Source: Pelagomonas calceolata
Taxonomy: Eukaryota
Direction of reading: 5' to 3'
NCBI GenBank assembly: GCA_918797485.1
Contig: CAKKNE010000006.1
Span: forward strand, 2,542,001-2,606,000
DNA: 64,000 bases
The notes under the pieces were generated by a model that saw only the letters and a program-made list of their open reading frames with translations, was not told the origin of the DNA and did no database searches. Below, piece after piece: positions 59,709 through 64,000 of the stretch. The position numbers and the translations under genes were made by a program. Numbering within the stretch: position 1 is the stretch's first letter; every line of letters begins with the position of its first letter.

Positions 59709-62678
59709 ATGCCCCGCAAGGGCGCCCAGGCCAAGGCCTTCGCGGCGCAACAAGCCAAGAAGCGCGAAGCAGAGAAGCAAGAGGCAAGAGCGAAGGTCGA
59801 CGCCGAAAAGAACAACGCGAAAGGCATTTCCGAGTGCCGAGATGTAGGGCAATTGATGCGCATGCACCGCGCCAACAGTGAAAGAATAGAACACATGGAA
59901 GAAGCGCAAGAAAAAGAAGCTAAAAGGAAAGAAGCGGAACGCGCCGCGAAGGAAAAGGAGCTCGAGGAGAACCAGGGCAAGTCCTGGTGGGACCGCTTCC
60001 TGCCCAAGCCCAAAGGCCCTCGGGAAGCCACGTCTCCCAACAAGGTGCAGCAGCAGCGCGACAACATCGAGCAATTCTACGACCTGCTGAAGTGCTCGAA
60101 ACATGTGAAACGGGAGATCCAGGCGGTCTTCAAGGCCTTTGACGCGAACAAAGACGGGTCCCTCAACATTAATGAATTCCGGACTTATTTGAAAGAACCG
60201 AAGGAGCGGATGCCCTTCCTCAACAGGATCTTTTTAACGATGGACAACGACGCCATGGACGGCGCCGAGCGCGTCAATACCTATGGTATTGGCGAGCTCG
60301 ACATGTTCGAGTTTTTTGTGATTAACAGCGTCCTTTGCGTCGATGGCGTCATGATCCACACGCAGGTCGGCTACTACTCCATCTGCTCCCTACCGAGGGG
60401 CGACTACGCTATCAGATTTATTTGGGACTTGTACGATCCAAGACGCACAGGTGAAATAGACAGCGAGACGTTCCGGTGCATGATCCGCGAAGGCATGTCC
60501 GCCATGTTACCTGATTATTTATTGCGAGGGGACGAGCCGCTCCCACCGGCCGTCACGGAGCAACTCGAAAAAATAAGAAAGGAGCAGGGCGAGGAGCTCT
60601 GGACAAAATTAAGATATGGGGATGTCGCTGTTCGCACAGATGGCAATGGGGAACGGCATCTAGCGATCGTCAAGGACCACACGGACTACAGTGTCACGGT
60701 CCAAGATATATATAGTCTGGAGAACGCGATGGGCTGGACGCAGTCAGATGACAACACCTTTACCTACCACATGAATCGACACGTCGTCCATGAGCGGGTG
60801 GCGCCGCCGCTGCCCGGTGACGACTTATTCGATGAAGCTTTGGAAAAGTTCATGTTTCTGTCGGCGGACAACGACGGCGACGGGTCGATTACGTTGAAGG
60901 AATTTCGACACTTCATCCGACGACGCGTGGCTTGCGGCGAGCCGTCGCCGTATGCGGCCTTCCTAGCGTTCCAGAAGAAGCTGCGGAGTGTTGGGGGTTT
61001 GGGTGATTCGTTCTGGGACGCGCGGACTTTGGATTTAGCCGTGACGCTGGAGAAGCATGGGTTATGGAGTGCGTGGGAGCTGCATCGGCACTTCAACCTC
61101 GGTAAAATATGTAAACGGCCGCCGCCGAAAAAAGGCGGGGAGCCGCCCTTGCTACCGCCGGAGAAAGGTAAAAATGACGGTCCCGTCGACACGCTCAACG
61201 TCAAGCCGCCGCCGTTGCCCAAGAAGCCGCGGAAGAAGGCCTTGAAGGGCGAGGATCTGATCGACCAGGCGCAAGAAATCGACTTCGCCGCGATGGTCGC
61301 GGCGTCGGGTCCGAACGTCGAACAATTAGTTGCGGAGAACGCCCGTAGGGTCGTCCGAGACAAGCAGGCGCAGGGTGCCACCTTGACGGTAGTGCTACAA
61401 AAAGCGAAGGGTCTCCAACGAGTCAATGGACTACTGGAAGGTCCTAGACCAGATGTTTTTGTGACGGTCGAAGTGGAAAACGAGGAATTATTTACGTCGC
61501 CTTTGCGCTATGAGACCATAAACCCGAACTGGACGACGGAAGAAAATGGAGTTATCGAGGGCCACGCCTTCGACCCGTGCGGCGTGCCCGAAAAGTTGCA
61601 GTTTCGGCTCTGGGATCGTATAAGTGACAAGGAGCGGCAGGCGCTCGGCTTTGCGTTAATAAGGAGAAAGAGGTTGTGGGACGTCTGTACGACGAAGAAC
61701 CGCACGGTTGGCTTGCAGGTGATTGGGCGGATCGGCGGCACGGAGATCCAAGCTACTGGTGAATTGTGGGTGGAGTTGCGGTGGGAGCCGCGACCGTTTG
61801 ATCCCGCCCTCAATATTGACCAATCACCAGATAAATGGCGCCCCCCCACACCGGAGGAGGTAAGGCCAGAAACTCCCATTACCGACGACGAATCTGAGAC
61901 CTCGGAGATGCGGGCGATGCGCGAACTCGAGGAGCAGCTAGCGGAACAGGAGCGGCTCCTGACGCCCGTCCTGAAGCTGAAGAAGCCGGACTTCGAGTAC
62001 AAGCCTTTACCTCCAATAAATGATAATATGATAAGGAAGCCTCAACAAATATGTGCGTGCGGCTTCTCTTGTGGGCTGGAGGTGGACTTTCTACGGCATT
62101 GTCTTGAATGTGAATCGAGGGAAGGCGACACGGTCGACCTGCTGCTGCTGATGCGGACCTTGGATCCTGACGTTCATCGTAAGGAGGCCGCGATCCGCTC
62201 TATGTCAACCGCGCCCGCGCCGTCTCCCATAAACGTCTTGACGCTCGAGGCGGCGACGCCGTCGAAGAAGAAGAAACGCAAGAAGCGGCAAGCTGAGGCG
62301 CCGGCACCAGCAGCTAGAATGGGCCGCGAGTCCTACGACGCCTACCCGGCCGAGATTTTGACCCTGGAAGATATTCCGGGACGGCCCGAGTCCGCGGGCT
62401 TGAGGTTGGACGGGAGCGCGCTGCGGTCGCCCTTCCTCAACGCGCGCCCGGGGTCCTCGCGGCCCGGCACGGCATCGCGGCCCGGCACGGCGAACTCGGA
62501 CAAGTCCGTGACCTGGAAGCTGCCGTCCCTGCCGGCCGTGAAGCAGTCGGAGTTGGGGGAGGTCGAGGACCCGACGGCGTTCCCGGCGCCGCTCGTCGCC
62601 AAGGACGACGGCGTCAAGCCGAAGAAGAAGGGGTGGTTCGGGCGTCGTTCCCGGACGCCACCACGTACGCCACCCTAG
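59709..62678 (+). CDS. EF-hand plus C2 domain Ca2+-binding protein
   Basis: EF loops DANKDGSLNINEF, DPRRTGEIDSETF, DNDGDGSITLKEF; C2-like LTVVLQKAKGL...PDVFVTV...TINPNW...LQFRLWD. Confidence 0.82.
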   Translation: MPRKGAQAKAFAAQQAKKREAEKQEARAKVDAEKNNAKGISECRDVGQLMRMHRANSERIEHMEEAQEKEAKRKEAERAAKEKELEENQGKSWWDRFLPKPKGPREATSPNKVQQQRDNIEQFYDLLKCSKHVKREIQAVFKAFDANKDGSLNINEFRTYLKEPKERMPFLNRIFLTMDNDAMDGAERVNTYGIGELDMFEFFVINSVLCVDGVMIHTQVGYYSICSLPRGDYAIRFIWDLYDPRRTGEIDSETFRCMIREGMSAMLPDYLLRGDEPLPPAVTEQLEKIRKEQGEELWTKLRYGDVAVRTDGNGERHLAIVKDHTDYSVTVQDIYSLENAMGWTQSDDNTFTYHMNRHVVHERVAPPLPGDDLFDEALEKFMFLSADNDGDGSITLKEFRHFIRRRVACGEPSPYAAFLAFQKKLRSVGGLGDSFWDARTLDLAVTLEKHGLWSAWELHRHFNLGKICKRPPPKKGGEPPLLPPEKGKNDGPVDTLNVKPPPLPKKPRKKALKGEDLIDQAQEIDFAAMVAASGPNVEQLVAENARRVVRDKQAQGATLTVVLQKAKGLQRVNGLLEGPRPDVFVTVEVENEELFTSPLRYETINPNWTTEENGVIEGHAFDPCGVPEKLQFRLWDRISDKERQALGFALIRRKRLWDVCTTKNRTVGLQVIGRIGGTEIQATGELWVELRWEPRPFDPALNIDQSPDKWRPPTPEEVRPETPITDDESETSEMRAMRELEEQLAEQERLLTPVLKLKKPDFEYKPLPPINDNMIRKPQQICACGFSCGLEVDFLRHCLECESREGDTVDLLLLMRTLDPDVHRKEAAIRSMSTAPAPSPINVLTLEAATPSKKKKRKKRQAEAPAPAARMGRESYDAYPAEILTLEDIPGRPESAGLRLDGSALRSPFLNARPGSSRPGTASRPGTANSDKSVTWKLPSLPAVKQSELGEVEDPTAFPAPLVAKDDGVKPKKKGWFGRRSRTPPRTPP
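60318..60365 (+). mobile_element. Highly decayed introner-like 48-nt in-frame intron
   Basis: GT...GCGTCGATGGCGTCATGATCCACACGCAG; resembles the 3' end of the 11826 copy; removal gives FEFF|VGYYSIC. Confidence 0.6.
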
Positions 62679-62792
62679 GTCGAGTTCGGGTGAGGGTTGT
62701 GACTAAGATATGTCTTTGTGTATTTGCCTAACTTACGAGAGAGAACTTAGGAAAGTGGAAACGGCATCTGCGTGCCACGAGACGCGGGCATA

Positions 62793-63386
62793 TCACCGGC
62801 TGCGAAACATATGCGGACATAAATTATTGCCATAGCAAGCCTCAGTGCCGGTACCTCCGAGCCTACGGCCTTGCGCTGTACCGCAGCCCGGTAGTGGGGT
62901 GCCGTCAGCGGCAATCGGTTCACCCGAAGAGTCGTAATTGACGCAGCACGACTGCATAGGCGAAATTGTGCACGCTTCACATATTTGGTCGTAAGCCCTG
63001 GAACCGACGGGGAGGGGTTTGGCGTAGTCTGCGGGCACAGAGACTCCTTCGTCGCTGGCAGATCGCCGCCACATGTTCGAGCAGTTCTGCTGCTCCTCGG
63101 GGCAGGCAGTGCACGTGTCCGAGCAAAAATCCGAAATCTCCGGCACGTCTGGGCTCGCGCACGCGCCAAAGTGGTAGGCATGCTGACACTTTGGGACGTA
63201 AACGCCCCGTTCGCACAGCCCCGGGCCATCCTTCAATTTTGATGGCAATGAAGCGATGGCGTCACTAGAGATTAGAACCAGGACGACGGCCGCGCAGAGA
63301 GCAAATAAGGCGGCCGCCCCTACGATGACGGCGCGCGTCAACGACTTGGGGGCAGGCTCGGCCTCGGGAATTGTTGATTGCTCCAT
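62793..63386 (-). CDS. Type II membrane protein with an ShK-like Cys domain
   Basis: N-terminal TM helix; C...C...C...FCSDTCTAC spacing. Confidence 0.6.
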   Translation of the reverse strand: MEQSTIPEAEPAPKSLTRAVIVGAAALFALCAAVVLVLISSDAIASLPSKLKDGPGLCERGVYVPKCQHAYHFGACASPDVPEISDFCSDTCTACPEEQQNCSNMWRRSASDEGVSVPADYAKPLPVGSRAYDQICEACTISPMQSCCVNYDSSGEPIAADGTPLPGCGTAQGRRLGGTGTEACYGNNLCPHMFRSR

Positions 63387-63587
63387 GGCACCGCGTTCCT
63401 TGTGTGGTGGATAATCTGAATGACGATAATGGTAATGGCCTCGCGCTTTCACGAGCGCGCAATGAGCTCGCGCCGGAACTTGCTAAAAAATCCTTCCTAG
63501 TGTCTTACAGGGCTAGCTAACAGCAGCTCGGTTCTCACTTGCCATACGAGCCCATGAATGGAGTTGATGCATGCGTGACAGGCGCGC

Positions 63588-64000
63588 ATGGCTATACCAC
63601 TGGTGCTAGACGTGCGGAGCCAGCCAACTTATGAAGCGGGGCACGCCATCGATGCGTACAACATCCCTTTTGATGAACTACGCGATAGAGGCTTCGAGAT
63701 GCCAAGCCACAAAATGCCATTGGTGGTCGAGTGCGACGCAGCCGACGTCGAGACAGTCCGGGAGTGGTTCGCCACCAGAGACGAGCGGTGCCGCTGGAAC
63801 GTCGTCGACGTGCGCGCCGCCAGCGCGGAGAAATCGGGCCCCGGCGCGCCCGGCCGATTTCTCTTCTCCGGATCACCGCTCCTGGCAGCAATGGAGCAGC
63901 ACGTGCAGGCTGCTGCCGCGGCGCCGGGGTCGCGAGCGCTCGACGTGGGAAGCGGCTCCGGCCGCGACGCGGCGCTGCTGTGCTGTCGGTACGGCTTCGA
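63588..64000 (+). CDS. Rhodanese plus class I SAM-methyltransferase fusion, 5' part; runs off window end
   Basis: MAIPLVLDVRSQPTYEAGHAIDAYNIPFDEL (rhodanese) then ALDVGSGSGRDA (SAM motif I); absent from the ORF track because it has no stop in the window. Confidence 0.8.
   Translation, partial: MAIPLVLDVRSQPTYEAGHAIDAYNIPFDELRDRGFEMPSHKMPLVVECDAADVETVREWFATRDERCRWNVVDVRAASAEKSGPGAPGRFLFSGSPLLAAMEQHVQAAAAAPGSRALDVGSGSGRDAALLCCRYGF

Noticed and set aside
7420..63516. Double-CTAG motifs as Helitron 3' ends
   Set aside because: No consistent GC-rich subterminal hairpin or shared upstream body was seen; placement tracks divergent gene starts instead. Not fully excluded.

Overview
A GC-rich, gene-dense eukaryotic nuclear window with about 38 protein-coding genes, mostly in divergent/convergent pairs with few introns. 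The composition, the intron-generating elements and a TPR-family fragment point to a pelagophyte alga (Pelagomonas/Aureococcus-like); this is inference. Recognisable genes include an MRG-domain protein, PQ-loop protein, GGQ release-factor-like protein, NHX antiporter, cytosolic carboxypeptidase, DnaJ, F-box/LRR, SAM-Angel/CCR4, SLC25A32-like carrier, AlaX editing protein, Rsm22-like protein, ARP1, eIF4E, RmlD-like reductase, RING protein, Zn-ADH, RanBP1, EF-hand/C2 protein and rhodanese-methyltransferase. Four signals stand out. (1) A fully paired tRNA cloverleaf at 34350-34420 has the anticodon UUA (complementary to the UAA stop), a tRNA-Glu-like body and a flanking 9-bp inverted repeat, and it sits inside an interrupted protein-coding gene. 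(2) A family of introner elements (TIR CTGYGTGGAAATCAA, 8-bp TSD) creates GT-AG and GC-AG introns in at least six genes and shows graded decay. (3) A CTAG-TGTCTTAC-N-CTAG motif marks most divergent intergenic regions. (4) A degenerate 290-bp tandem array lies in a gene-free, lower-GC island near 47 kb. All gene models and alignments were done by eye, without database searches.
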